Positions 17,768 through 27,264 of a stretch of DNA of 44,551 nucleotides are shown in pieces. The stretch's first letter is position 1; the number at the start of each line of letters is the position of its first letter. Position numbers and translations under genes: made by a program. This DNA comes from Verrucomicrobiota bacterium (GTDB lineage Bacteria > Verrucomicrobiota > Verrucomicrobiia > Limisphaerales > Palsa-1400): assembly GCA_049522055.1 (NCBI GenBank), contig JBEKOF010000002.1, positions 1 through 44,551 on the forward strand, given 5' to 3'. The notes beneath the pieces were generated by a model that saw only the letters and a program-made list of their open reading frames with translations, was not told where the DNA came from and ran no database searches.

Positions 17768-20140
17768 TTATTCGATTGTAAAGGTGGCGGTTACCACAGT
17801 CACGCTGGCGGGATTAACGTCAACAATGGTGTTAACTAGGGAGCCTAAGGTGGCGGCTGAGAAGGTCAACTGGATGTAATTGAGTTCTCCCGTATGCTCG
17901 GAAGAGGTGTCGAGCAAAATGAGCATGACGACATCGGGGCTGTATTGTGCGGAGGTGTAAGTGCCGGAAAAGGTTTTGGTTTCACCGCCGGGATGCCAGT
18001 CCGTGCTCACAAAGGTATTGTCATTGGCAAGCACCACGATGACAGCTTCCCCACTGGCCTTGACCACGATGGTTTTGCCTGTGAGGGAAAGCGGGGCTTT
18101 GGCGGAAGCTTCCGAGGCTTTGAGGGTGCCGTAGTCGCCGTTGGAGTTGGTAAAATCCGCCGTGGTGCTGCTCTTGAATGTCAGGAAAAAGCTCCCGCTG
18201 TGGGCGATCGCCTGGGGAGGGGCAACGTAGTTCCACGTCAAAATGGCTGAATCCAGGCTGGTGCGGGTGTAGGCATAGTCAGCCACGCCGGAAGTGGCAT
18301 TGGTGGAGGTGACGGTTTGGGCGAAGGTCGCCTGGCCAAAGGTGATGTCAAAGGCTGGTGCGTCATGTGGCGAGAACTTTGCGCTGATCCCGTTCAAAGA
18401 GTCGGGCGCCAGATAGTCTTTTCCCGTCCCCTGATAGGTGCTGGTGAAGGCGCCAAAATGAGAAGCAGTGCTCCCGTCGAAGCTGGCGAAGGAGGTGGCG
18501 AAAAAATTGCCCGCGTCGGGAGCTGTGTGCCGGTCCAGAACGTAATTTGTGATGTAGTTGCCCGCATGGTCTGGATCGGAATAAGTTTCCACGAGCATTG
18601 TGGCCTCGGGCCCGTACTGGGCGAACACGTAGGTTTCCGTGTTGGTCGCGCCGAGGTTGTCTATGATTGTCAATGTTCCGTCGCCAAAGATCGTGGTGTT
18701 GGTGGCGCCGGAGACCGCGTCCACCGCGTAGGAGGTCTGACCCGCCGGGGGGGTGATGACCCCGGGCAAGCCCGCGAACACGATGAAGGTTGCCGTTTGC
18801 CCTTCGGCGTTGGTAAAGCTGGCGAAGGTAGGGCTGGTAAAAGTCAAATACACAGCCGAACTTCCCTGGCCCGCTTGGTTGGGCGGGGCGAAAGCGGCCA
18901 TGACAAGCGTGGCGGTGTTTGACCCGGTCTGGGCATAGGTGTAGTTGCCGACAGCGGGGCCTGGAGTGGCATCCGTGCTCCACTGCTCAAAAGTGGCGGT
19001 CCCGAAACTGGCTTGGAACGGCGCGTTGGTGCCCAGTTCGATCTGTGCGATCAACCCGGCCAGGGAGGAGGGCGCCAGGCTGGCGCTGGTATCCGTCACC
19101 GTGATGGTATTGGTTTTGGACGGATTGCCGGCTTGGCTCAAGGCGTGGGCGGCGATGACATTGGCACCCGGGGACAAAAAGGCGCTGGCCGACCAGTTGG
19201 TCCAATTGTCGCTGGTCGTGGCGGTGACGGGATTCCCCCCGACTGTCAAAACGACGTTGGACACCCCCAGAACATCCTTCGCCGTGCCGGAAATTGCCAG
19301 GAGCGTGGCGCCCGTCTTTTCCGAAGCCGCCGGCGAAGTGAGGCTCACGGTGCAAATGTCCAGGAAGTTGGCGGTCAATTCCTCGTCCCCGCCGGCTTTG
19401 AAAGAGTAAGGGTTCCGCAGGCTCCTTGGGGACCCATCCACAGTCCAACCGTTGAATTTATATCCGGGGGCGGCCGTGGCGGTCACTTTCACCGTGGCAC
19501 CGCAACCGTAAGTGCCTTTGCCGGTGGTCTTGCCGCCTTTGGCGGGGCTGCTGGACGTGGTGATGGCATCCTCCTTCAACTGGAAATTGGCCACCAACTC
19601 TTCTCCGTCCCCGATGGCAAAGGTATATGGGTTGGCGGTGGAGGAGCGAGCGCCTATGGTCCATTTGACAAAATCGTAACAGCCGTTGGTGTTTGGGGTG
19701 GCTGTGACCGTCACGATCTGGCCGTTGGTGTAAGCGCCCGCTCCTCTGGTCGTCCCGCCGGCAACGGGGGAGGACTTGATGGTGACGACCCAATCAAAGT
19801 TGGCCACCACTGTCTGGATGGCGGCGTCGACGGTGAATTTGTACTCCTTGTTGGTGCTGGCCAGGACGCCATTGGTCGTCCAGTTGACGAACACCGCGCC
19901 GGCCTTGGCTTTGGCGGTCAAGGTGACCAGCTTGTCAACGTCCTTGGTCCCGCCGCCGGAAGTCGTGCCGGCGCCGACTGGGGAGATGACGGGCGTAATG
20001 GTGACTGTCGAAGGAGCACCCTCCGCGTTGGCGAGGGAGAATTCTTCAGACTGCCTAGATTGGAACTGCGCGTGGGCGGAGGGTCCTGGCAACCAGAAGG
20101 AAAGAAGGCTTATTGCCAAAAGGGATTGTCTGAGTTTCAT
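17768..20140 (-). CDS. Secreted repeat-rich surface protein (3 divergent InlB B-like repeats, an Ig-like domain, C-terminal beta-rich repeats)
   Basis: ATG 20140 with signal peptide (..SAHA-Q). Three ~70-aa repeats SP..GG.T.G.G.Y....VTVTA.....F..WT....Y.F......ANF; APSSLAG/APDSLNG/APLSLTG-headed modules; Thr/Ser/Gly-rich. Confidence 0.8.
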   Translation of the reverse strand: MKLRQSLLAISLLSFWLPGPSAHAQFQSRQSEEFSLANAEGAPSTVTITPVISPVGAGTTSGGGTKDVDKLVTLTAKAKAGAVFVNWTTNGVLASTNKEYKFTVDAAIQTVVANFDWVVTIKSSPVAGGTTRGAGAYTNGQIVTVTATPNTNGCYDFVKWTIGARSSTANPYTFAIGDGEELVANFQLKEDAITTSSSPAKGGKTTGKGTYGCGATVKVTATAAPGYKFNGWTVDGSPRSLRNPYSFKAGGDEELTANFLDICTVSLTSPAASEKTGATLLAISGTAKDVLGVSNVVLTVGGNPVTATTSDNWTNWSASAFLSPGANVIAAHALSQAGNPSKTNTITVTDTSASLAPSSLAGLIAQIELGTNAPFQASFGTATFEQWSTDATPGPAVGNYTYAQTGSNTATLVMAAFAPPNQAGQGSSAVYLTFTSPTFASFTNAEGQTATFIVFAGLPGVITPPAGQTSYAVDAVSGATNTTIFGDGTLTIIDNLGATNTETYVFAQYGPEATMLVETYSDPDHAGNYITNYVLDRHTAPDAGNFFATSFASFDGSTASHFGAFTSTYQGTGKDYLAPDSLNGISAKFSPHDAPAFDITFGQATFAQTVTSTNATSGVADYAYTRTSLDSAILTWNYVAPPQAIAHSGSFFLTFKSSTTADFTNSNGDYGTLKASEASAKAPLSLTGKTIVVKASGEAVIVVLANDNTFVSTDWHPGGETKTFSGTYTSAQYSPDVVMLILLDTSSEHTGELNYIQLTFSAATLGSLVNTIVDVNPASVTVVTATFTIE

Positions 20141-20397
20141 AGGCAAACTATGACGCGGGTCAGAGAGAAATGGGAAGAAGAATCTCCACCGATTTTGATT
20201 CGCGGGCGCAGGACAGAATGCTTCGAATATCCCACGAAATCGAATCACGGCTGGACGGGGTTTCGCCCCACCGAAGGAGGCTCCGCGGGAACGACGGCCT
20301 GCCATGCAAGGGCGCTAGATTTGCCGTTGGATTGAATTTTAACCTTGCGCGGCAAGGTTGATTGATTGAGGCTGGATTCGCGCCCTGCGGGCGCGCT

Positions 20398-21732
20398 ATG
20401 GAAGAAGTAACCCTGGGAATAATCGGCGGGGGCACGGTGGGCAGTGGTGTTTGGCACCATTTGCACAGGAACCGGGCTTTGCTCGAATCGCGGGTCGGGC
20501 TGAAAATCGGCCTGCGCAAGATCGCCGTCAAGGCGCTGGAAGAACCGCGCCCTTACCCCATCCCCGCCGTGCTGATGACCACCGACTGGAGCAGCGTGGT
20601 CCATGATCCCCAAGTGCAAGTGGTCATTGAGTTGGTGGGAGGAACGACGCTGGCCAAAACGATGATATTGACGGCCCTGCAATTGGGCAAGCCGGTGATC
20701 ACGGCCAACAAGGCGCTGCTTTCGGCGCATGGGGAGGAATTGTTCGCGGCGGCCCGGCGGCATGGGGCCAATTTGTATTATGAAGCGAGCGTGGCGGGGG
20801 GAATTCCCATTATCAAAGTGTTGCGCGAAGGGCTGGTGGGCAATCGCATCACGCACCTTTATGGAATTCTCAACGGGACGTGCAATTACATCCTGAGCCG
20901 GATGAAACGGGAGCATTCGGAGTTCGCCCCCGCGCTGGCGGAAGCGCAAAGGATGGGCTACGCCGAGGCCGATCCGGCGATGGATGTGGACGGATATGAT
21001 TGCCTGCACAAGACCGGCATCCTGGCGTCACTGGCGCACGGATTTTGGGTGAAGCCGGTGGGCGTCTGCGTGGAGGGCATCCGCGCCATCACGCGGACGG
21101 ACATCGAGTTCACCGAAAAGCTCGGCTACACCATCAAGTTGCTGGGCGTGGTGAAGGTGGTCTCCGGCGCGCCCGGTTCGGGGAGAGGCCAGGGCGGGGG
21201 CCAGGCGATCCAGGTGTCGGTTTATCCCGCCCTGGTTCCGAACACGCATGTGCTGGCGAGTGTCAACGATGTTTTTAACGCGGTATTTGTGCGCGGGGAC
21301 GTGGTGGGCGACACGCTGTTCTACGGAAGGGGTGCGGGCAAGGACGCCACCGCCAGCGCGGTGCTCAGCGACATAGCCGATGCGGCGCTGGATTTGAAGC
21401 ACAGCTCCAAGAACCGGGTCCCGGCCTTTGTGCCGCATGAGCACGGGGGCGGGATACTGCCGATGGCGCAAGTAATCTCGCGCTATTATTTGCGCTTGAG
21501 CGTGGCGGACAGGCCGGGGACGCTGGCCAAAATCGCGGCCATCCTGGCGCAATGCAAAATTGGCATTGCCTCGGTCATTCAGCCCGAAGGGCACGAAGGC
21601 GGGATTATTCCCTTGATATTGATGACCCACGCCGCCCCGAACGCGGCGATGAAAAAGGCGATGCAACAGATCGTCCGTTCGCCGGTGGTCAAGGCGCCCC
21701 CGATGATGCTGCGGGTGGAGAGCTTTGATTAG
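20398..21732 (+). CDS. hom: Homoserine dehydrogenase with ACT domain
   Basis: GGGTVG, VITANKAL, YEASVAGGIP, GILNGTCNYIL, GYAEADP, GRGAG..ATASAV. Confidence 0.96.
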   Translation: MEEVTLGIIGGGTVGSGVWHHLHRNRALLESRVGLKIGLRKIAVKALEEPRPYPIPAVLMTTDWSSVVHDPQVQVVIELVGGTTLAKTMILTALQLGKPVITANKALLSAHGEELFAAARRHGANLYYEASVAGGIPIIKVLREGLVGNRITHLYGILNGTCNYILSRMKREHSEFAPALAEAQRMGYAEADPAMDVDGYDCLHKTGILASLAHGFWVKPVGVCVEGIRAITRTDIEFTEKLGYTIKLLGVVKVVSGAPGSGRGQGGGQAIQVSVYPALVPNTHVLASVNDVFNAVFVRGDVVGDTLFYGRGAGKDATASAVLSDIADAALDLKHSSKNRVPAFVPHEHGGGILPMAQVISRYYLRLSVADRPGTLAKIAAILAQCKIGIASVIQPEGHEGGIIPLILMTHAAPNAAMKKAMQQIVRSPVVKAPPMMLRVESFD

Positions 21733-21747
21733 GCGGCCTGATGCCAG

Positions 21748-22968
21748 ATGAGATTGATTGTTCAAAAATACGGCGGCACTTCGGTGGCGAACCCGGAGCG
21801 GATCAAAAACGTGGCCAGGCGGGTGGCGGCTTATCGCGCCAAAGGGGATCAGGTGGTGGTGGTCGTTTCGGCGATGAGCGGCGTGACCGACAGCCTGATC
21901 AAAATGGCCAAGGAAATCATGCCGCTGCCCGACGAGCGCGAGATGGACATGCTGCTGGCCACCGGCGAACAGACCACCATCGCCCTGACGGCCATCGCCC
22001 TTCAAGCGCTGGGTGTGCCGGCCATTTCCTTGACCGGCGCGCAGGCCGGGATCGTGACCGACGGCGTCCACAGCAAGGCAAAAATCCAAAACATCACGCC
22101 CAAACAAGTCCACGCCCTGCTCAACCAGGGCCAGGTGGTCATCGTCGCCGGATTCCAGGGCCAAACGCCGGAGGGCCAGATCACCACCCTGGGCCGGGGC
22201 GGTTCGGACCTGACGGCCATCGCCCTGGCCGCCGCCCTCCAGGCCGGGCTGTGCCAGATTTATACCGACGTGGACGGGGTTTACACCGCCGATCCGCGGA
22301 TCGTTCCCAACGCCCGCAAGCTGGCCGAGATTTCCTATGACGAAATGCTCGAATTGGCCGGCTTGGGCGCCAAAGTCATGCAATCCCGTTCGGTGGAATT
22401 CGCCAAGAAATTCGGCGTCATTTTTGAAGTCCGCTCCAGTCTTAACGAGAACCCAGGAACCATTGTGAAAGAAGAAACCCCCAGCATGGAAGGCGTCGTC
22501 GTCCGCGGCGTCTCGCTCGACCAGAACCAGGCCAAAATCACGCTGGTCGAAGTGCCCGACCGCCCCGGCACGGCCGCCCGGGTCTTCAAGGCCATCGCCG
22601 AGGCCAACATCAATGTGGATATGATCGTGCAGAACATCAGCCATGACCCGCATTCCCCGGCCACCGACATCTCCTTCACTGTGGATAAACCCGATCTGCT
22701 CAAGGCCCGCAAAACCATCGAAGGAATCAAGGACAAAATCGGCTGCCGTCTGGTTCTGGCCGATGAGAAAATCGGCAAGCTGTCCATTGTCGGCGTGGGC
22801 ATTCGCAGTCATCCGGGCGTGGCGGCGAAAATGTTTGAGGCGCTGGCCGCCGCCGGGGTGAACATTGACATGATCTCCACCAGCGAAATCAAGATTTCCG
22901 TCACCGTTGATCTGGCCCGGGGCCCGGAGGCGATGCGGGCGGTGCATGAGGCGTTTTTGGGCAAATGA
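21748..22968 (+). CDS. lysC: Aspartate kinase
   Basis: QKYGGTSV, TTLGRGGSD, YTDVDGVYTADPR, two ACT domains, ISTSEIKIS. Confidence 0.97.
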   Translation: MRLIVQKYGGTSVANPERIKNVARRVAAYRAKGDQVVVVVSAMSGVTDSLIKMAKEIMPLPDEREMDMLLATGEQTTIALTAIALQALGVPAISLTGAQAGIVTDGVHSKAKIQNITPKQVHALLNQGQVVIVAGFQGQTPEGQITTLGRGGSDLTAIALAAALQAGLCQIYTDVDGVYTADPRIVPNARKLAEISYDEMLELAGLGAKVMQSRSVEFAKKFGVIFEVRSSLNENPGTIVKEETPSMEGVVVRGVSLDQNQAKITLVEVPDRPGTAARVFKAIAEANINVDMIVQNISHDPHSPATDISFTVDKPDLLKARKTIEGIKDKIGCRLVLADEKIGKLSIVGVGIRSHPGVAAKMFEALAAAGVNIDMISTSEIKISVTVDLARGPEAMRAVHEAFLGK

Positions 22969-22984
22969 GCATGTCCTGCGTTCT

Positions 22985-24778
22985 ATGAGTTTGCTGCCGT
23001 TTGGCCCCTTGGCGCCGTACCGCCCCCGCGCCTTTGTTCCGCAAAAAGTCAACCTCGGCGACTGGCCGCAAATCGCCCCCCTCTTCGATCTGCTGGAAGC
23101 CCGCGCCCCGCAATGCCGCACCGCCGCCCAGCTCCAGCGCTGGCTGCTGGATGCCGGCGAGCTGAACGCCGCGCTGGACCAAGAGGCCTCTCTGCGCCAC
23201 ATCGCCATGACCTGCCACACCGACAGCGCCGAGGCGGAAAAAGCCCACCTCCATTTCGTCGAACAGATCGAACCGCAATTCAAGCCCCGGCAATTCCAGC
23301 TCGCCCGGCTTTATTTGCGGCACCCCCTTCGCGCCAGGCTTCCCCGGAAGCGCTATTTTGTTTTCGACCGCAACGCGCGCCTGCAAGTCGAATTATATCG
23401 TCCCGAAAATGTCCCCTTGGAAACCGCCGAGGCCCGGCTCTCCCAGCAATATCAAAAACTGTCCGGCTCCCTGACCGTGCAGTTCCGGGGCGCGGAGAAA
23501 ACGCTGGCGCAGATGGGCCGTCTTCTGGAAGAACCGGAGCGTCCCTTGCGCCAGGAGGCCTGGGAACTGGTCGCCCGGCGCCGCTTGCGGGAGGCGGATC
23601 ATTTCGATGACATCTTCGAGCAAATGCTCCAACTTCGCGAGCAAATCGCCGCCAACGCCGGCTTCCCCAATTACTTGCAATACTCCTTTCAGGCCCGCGG
23701 ACGCTTCGACTACACGCCGCAGGATTGCCTGAAATTTCATGACGCCGTGGAGAAGGATTTCATGCCCGTGGCGCGCCGGCTGCATGAGCAGCGCCGCCGG
23801 CGGCTTGGCCTCCCTTCGCTCCGGCCCTGGGACATGGCGGTGGATCCCTTCAACCGGCCCGCGCTCCGCCCGTTCGAGCAGGTGGAGGAGATGGTCGCCC
23901 GCACCCAGAAGATTTTTGACCGGCTTGACGCCGGGCTTGCCGCGGATTTTCAATTCATGCGCCAGGGGCGCTTGCTGGACCTGGACAATCGCAAAGGCAA
24001 AGCGCCTGGCGGCTACCAATCCACACTCGCCGAATCGCGGCTGCCCTTCATTTTCATGAACGCGGTGGGGATGCATCGCGATGTCGAAACGCTCTTGCAC
24101 GAGGCCGGCCACGCTTTTCACTCGCTGGCGACGCGGCGGGAGGAACTGCACTCCTATCGCAGCGCGCCCATTGAATTCTGCGAGGTCGCTTCCATGGCCA
24201 TGGAATTGCTCGGCAATGAATTGATTGAGGTCTTCTATCCGCCCGCCGAGGCGCGGCGCGCACGGCGCGATCATTTGGAAGGGATTGTCACCATTTTCCC
24301 GTGGATCGTCACCGTGGATGCCTTTCAACACTGGATTTATTCCCATCCGGGCCACACCCGCGCCGAGCGCCGGCAGGCGTGGCTGGGGCTGATGGACCGG
24401 TTCGGCGGGGAAACGGATTGGAGCGGCTTGGAGGAGGCGCGCGCCCATTTGTGGCATCGCCAGCTCCACATTTTCCTCTATCCGTTTTACTACATCGAAT
24501 ACGGCATCGCGCAATTGGGGGCGCTGCAAGTCTGGGCCAACTCCAGGAAGAACCAGGCCCGCGCCCTCGGTCAATACCATCGCGCGCTGGCGCTGGGTGG
24601 ATCGCGTCCGCTGCCCGAACTTTTCGCCGCCGCCGGCTGCCGCTTCGATTTCTCCCGCCGCACGATCAAGCCCCTGGTCGGCCTGCTGCGCGGCCAATTG
24701 GAAAAGCTTGGCGAAGATGGGGACGCTTCCCGCAAGGGCGGACAGGCCCTTATTCCGCCGCGCCTCTTTCCAGCTTGA
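22985..24778 (+). CDS. M3-family oligoendopeptidase (PepF-like)
   Basis: GKAPGGY, TLLHEAGHAFH zinc motif, EVASMAMEL, PFYYIEY. ATG 22985. Confidence 0.92.
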   Translation: MSLLPFGPLAPYRPRAFVPQKVNLGDWPQIAPLFDLLEARAPQCRTAAQLQRWLLDAGELNAALDQEASLRHIAMTCHTDSAEAEKAHLHFVEQIEPQFKPRQFQLARLYLRHPLRARLPRKRYFVFDRNARLQVELYRPENVPLETAEARLSQQYQKLSGSLTVQFRGAEKTLAQMGRLLEEPERPLRQEAWELVARRRLREADHFDDIFEQMLQLREQIAANAGFPNYLQYSFQARGRFDYTPQDCLKFHDAVEKDFMPVARRLHEQRRRRLGLPSLRPWDMAVDPFNRPALRPFEQVEEMVARTQKIFDRLDAGLAADFQFMRQGRLLDLDNRKGKAPGGYQSTLAESRLPFIFMNAVGMHRDVETLLHEAGHAFHSLATRREELHSYRSAPIEFCEVASMAMELLGNELIEVFYPPAEARRARRDHLEGIVTIFPWIVTVDAFQHWIYSHPGHTRAERRQAWLGLMDRFGGETDWSGLEEARAHLWHRQLHIFLYPFYYIEYGIAQLGALQVWANSRKNQARALGQYHRALALGGSRPLPELFAAAGCRFDFSRRTIKPLVGLLRGQLEKLGEDGDASRKGGQALIPPRLFPA

Positions 24779-25868
24779 GCGGAAGGGCTGCGCCGCCCTG
24801 ATGCCAGGCGCCGGAGAGCTTGCCATTTTCAAGTTTTCCAGTGAAAAATCCGCCAATCGCCGCCCAATCCATATAGAGGTTGGGAGCGGTGAATTTGGCT
24901 TCCGACGCCGGTATCCCGGCGGCCCCTTGATCGGGACTGTCCAGGGTCGCGGAATAGGAACCGTCCGGCAGGCGGGCGATGTGGAAGACCAGGCGCATTT
25001 GGACCTTGTTGACATCCAGCGTGCCTTTCCAATGGCCCTGCACCTGGTCGCTGGCGCCCTGGCCGTAGTCTTTTTCGGAGTCGGCGGCCGATTGCGCGCT
25101 CAAATCAACGCGTTTGAAGGTCAAGGGATACTTTTGCCCCATCTGAGTCCAGTTGCCGGCCAGTTGATCGCGCTGGTCGCTGAGGTTGCCTTCAAACACG
25201 CCCCCGACGGCCTTGATCTCGAATTGGACTGCCGGTTTATGATAGGTCAGCGAGTCCACGGGAATGTTTCTGGCGCCCTGGTCCACGCTGTCCAACTGGG
25301 CATGAAATGTCCCCTCCGACGGCTCGGCAATTCGCAACGCCAATCGCAACTCGGCGTTCCCGACTTTCAACGCTCCTTCCCACGCGCCCTGCAAAGCGGA
25401 ATCCGCTCTCGGCGCATAATCATCCGCCGGGAGCGCTGCCGCGACCTGGCTGGCCTCGGTCGTCCGCTTTAACGTCAGCGGCAATGATTGTTTGGATTGT
25501 TTCCAGGTGCCGGACATCTCCGTGCCGTCCGCGTTCAAGTTCGCCTCGTAGTCGGCGTTGATCGCCGGCAGTTCGGCGTGGAGGAAATGCGGGCGGGCCG
25601 AAAGTTTTGCCGCCGGAATGTCTTTTGCGCCCTGGTCAACCGAGTCCAGCATGGCGCGGTAGGTGTTGTTCGTTTTCAAAATCTTGAGAACGAGCCGCAG
25701 CCGGACCTGGTTTGTTGCCAGGGTGCCTTCCCAATTGCCCTGCATCCCGAATAAGGCGGCCTTCGACCGCGCCGCGTTGACAGTTTTGACTGCGACAGTG
25801 GCGGTTCCGGCGGCGAGCAACACGACCAGGCTCGTCACGATTGCGGTTTTTGCTTTTGACCATGCCAT
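24750..25868 (-). CDS. Membrane-anchored protein with three W.G.L..LRL...LDS.DQGA repeats; probable C-terminal part of a former ECF-sigma fusion
   Basis: One N-terminal TM helix followed by three ~95-105 aa repeats. Upstream in-frame sequence reads TFINGALKIMAWSKAKTAIV, with a stop further upstream. Confidence 0.7.
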   Translation of the reverse strand: MAWSKAKTAIVTSLVVLLAAGTATVAVKTVNAARSKAALFGMQGNWEGTLATNQVRLRLVLKILKTNNTYRAMLDSVDQGAKDIPAAKLSARPHFLHAELPAINADYEANLNADGTEMSGTWKQSKQSLPLTLKRTTEASQVAAALPADDYAPRADSALQGAWEGALKVGNAELRLALRIAEPSEGTFHAQLDSVDQGARNIPVDSLTYHKPAVQFEIKAVGGVFEGNLSDQRDQLAGNWTQMGQKYPLTFKRVDLSAQSAADSEKDYGQGASDQVQGHWKGTLDVNKVQMRLVFHIARLPDGSYSATLDSPDQGAAGIPASEAKFTAPNLYMDWAAIGGFFTGKLENGKLSGAWHQGGAALPLKLERGAAE

Positions 25869-26214
25869 GATTTTCAATGCTCCATTGATGAAGGTATTAG
25901 TTATCCTCCTTGCCCCCGGCCTTCGGCAAATCCTTTAGGCGAACGGCGCTCAACGGCATCGTGAATGCGCAGGCCCGGCTCCCTGATTCCACGGTCTTCA
26001 TCACAGTTTGTTGCAACAATGGCCTCCCTGGGTCGTCACGTCAAACAGGCGCGCGGGAGGGTGGCACCTTAATTTGAGAATTAAGGCACTATCCAAGCGG
26101 TCGCGGATGGTGGCGCTGGGAGAAGGTTGATCGTTCTGCCGGGTTGAAGGCTTGACTTTGGGTCGTGGTGGCGAGACGCTCCATGACCAAGAGATTCAGA
26201 AACCGTATCCGCCT

Positions 26215-27240
26215 ATGAAATTGCAACCCATCATTGCGTTATTGGTGCTGTCTGGTTGCTCCATCGTCGGCGCGCAAGAAATTTCATCCAACAGTCCTCC
26301 GCGTTTCATTCCAGGCAGCTACTCTGGTTATGTCCAAATCGGAATGAACGCGCAAGAGTGGGAAACATTTCACAAGGCCGGCTCGAATTACGTGGACAAC
26401 CTATTGAAAGACTTGCCTGCTCACTTTTATAACGCATACACATTGCACCAACTCGGCGACAACGGCGTCACTTTTTCAAGGGAACAGGTTGACCTTCTTT
26501 TTGAAAACCTGGTTCATCCGGGCCAGACAAATGTGGTTGATCAACAGTGGGCCGAAGAACAAATCAGGGAAACAGTGTGCAATATTTTCGGGATTAGTTT
26601 TTTCGAAGGTGAGAATAATTGGCCAACGAAACCGGAGGAAATCCGACGTCCTTACACGGAAACATGGGAAAAATTCTGGCTTCAGAACCGGGCGCGTTAC
26701 GGCAAAGAGCTTCCACTTGTCATAAATGATTTGTCGCTGGCCGCGAAGATGGTTGCCAATGACAATGACGAAGGCGTGGAGATCACCATCCATAACCACG
26801 GCTCTGTGGATTGGAAGTTTTTTACCGAAGTCGCCGGCCGGATTCAATCCAAAGAAGCCCAAAACCCCAATACTGGAGGAAGTGATTATCATTGGCCGGG
26901 GTTTTCCATTTATGCGGACGGTCATGAAGAGAGGCCGGAAATTCCAGCCGCTTACTACGGCTTCTATATGGGGCCGCATGATTCGATGCCATCGCCTGAT
27001 TCTGGCAGACCCGTCCATTTAGACCGAATTATGATTCCCCAGGGCCAGAGTTACGTTTATACCATGAAATTGAAAGAGGCGTTTCCGCAGTTAAGCGACC
27101 GCCATTATAAAAACCTCGTCGTCCGGTACCAATATGGCCTCTATGGAACTCACAAAGATGATGCTGTGTGGAGAGGCGAACTGCGCTCCATGCCAATTAA
27201 TCTGAAAAGTTTGCCATGGAGCGCTGAAGGAGGTCGTTAA
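26215..27240 (+). CDS. Hypothetical exported protein, AT-rich (probably acquired)
   Basis: ATG 26215, MKLQPIIALLVLSGCSIVGAQE (lipobox-like LSGC or SPase I site). Atypical codon use; no recognisable domain. Confidence 0.7.
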   Translation: MKLQPIIALLVLSGCSIVGAQEISSNSPPRFIPGSYSGYVQIGMNAQEWETFHKAGSNYVDNLLKDLPAHFYNAYTLHQLGDNGVTFSREQVDLLFENLVHPGQTNVVDQQWAEEQIRETVCNIFGISFFEGENNWPTKPEEIRRPYTETWEKFWLQNRARYGKELPLVINDLSLAAKMVANDNDEGVEITIHNHGSVDWKFFTEVAGRIQSKEAQNPNTGGSDYHWPGFSIYADGHEERPEIPAAYYGFYMGPHDSMPSPDSGRPVHLDRIMIPQGQSYVYTMKLKEAFPQLSDRHYKNLVVRYQYGLYGTHKDDAVWRGELRSMPINLKSLPWSAEGGR

Positions 27241-27264
27241 TATTATCCCATCCTGCCAGCAGGA

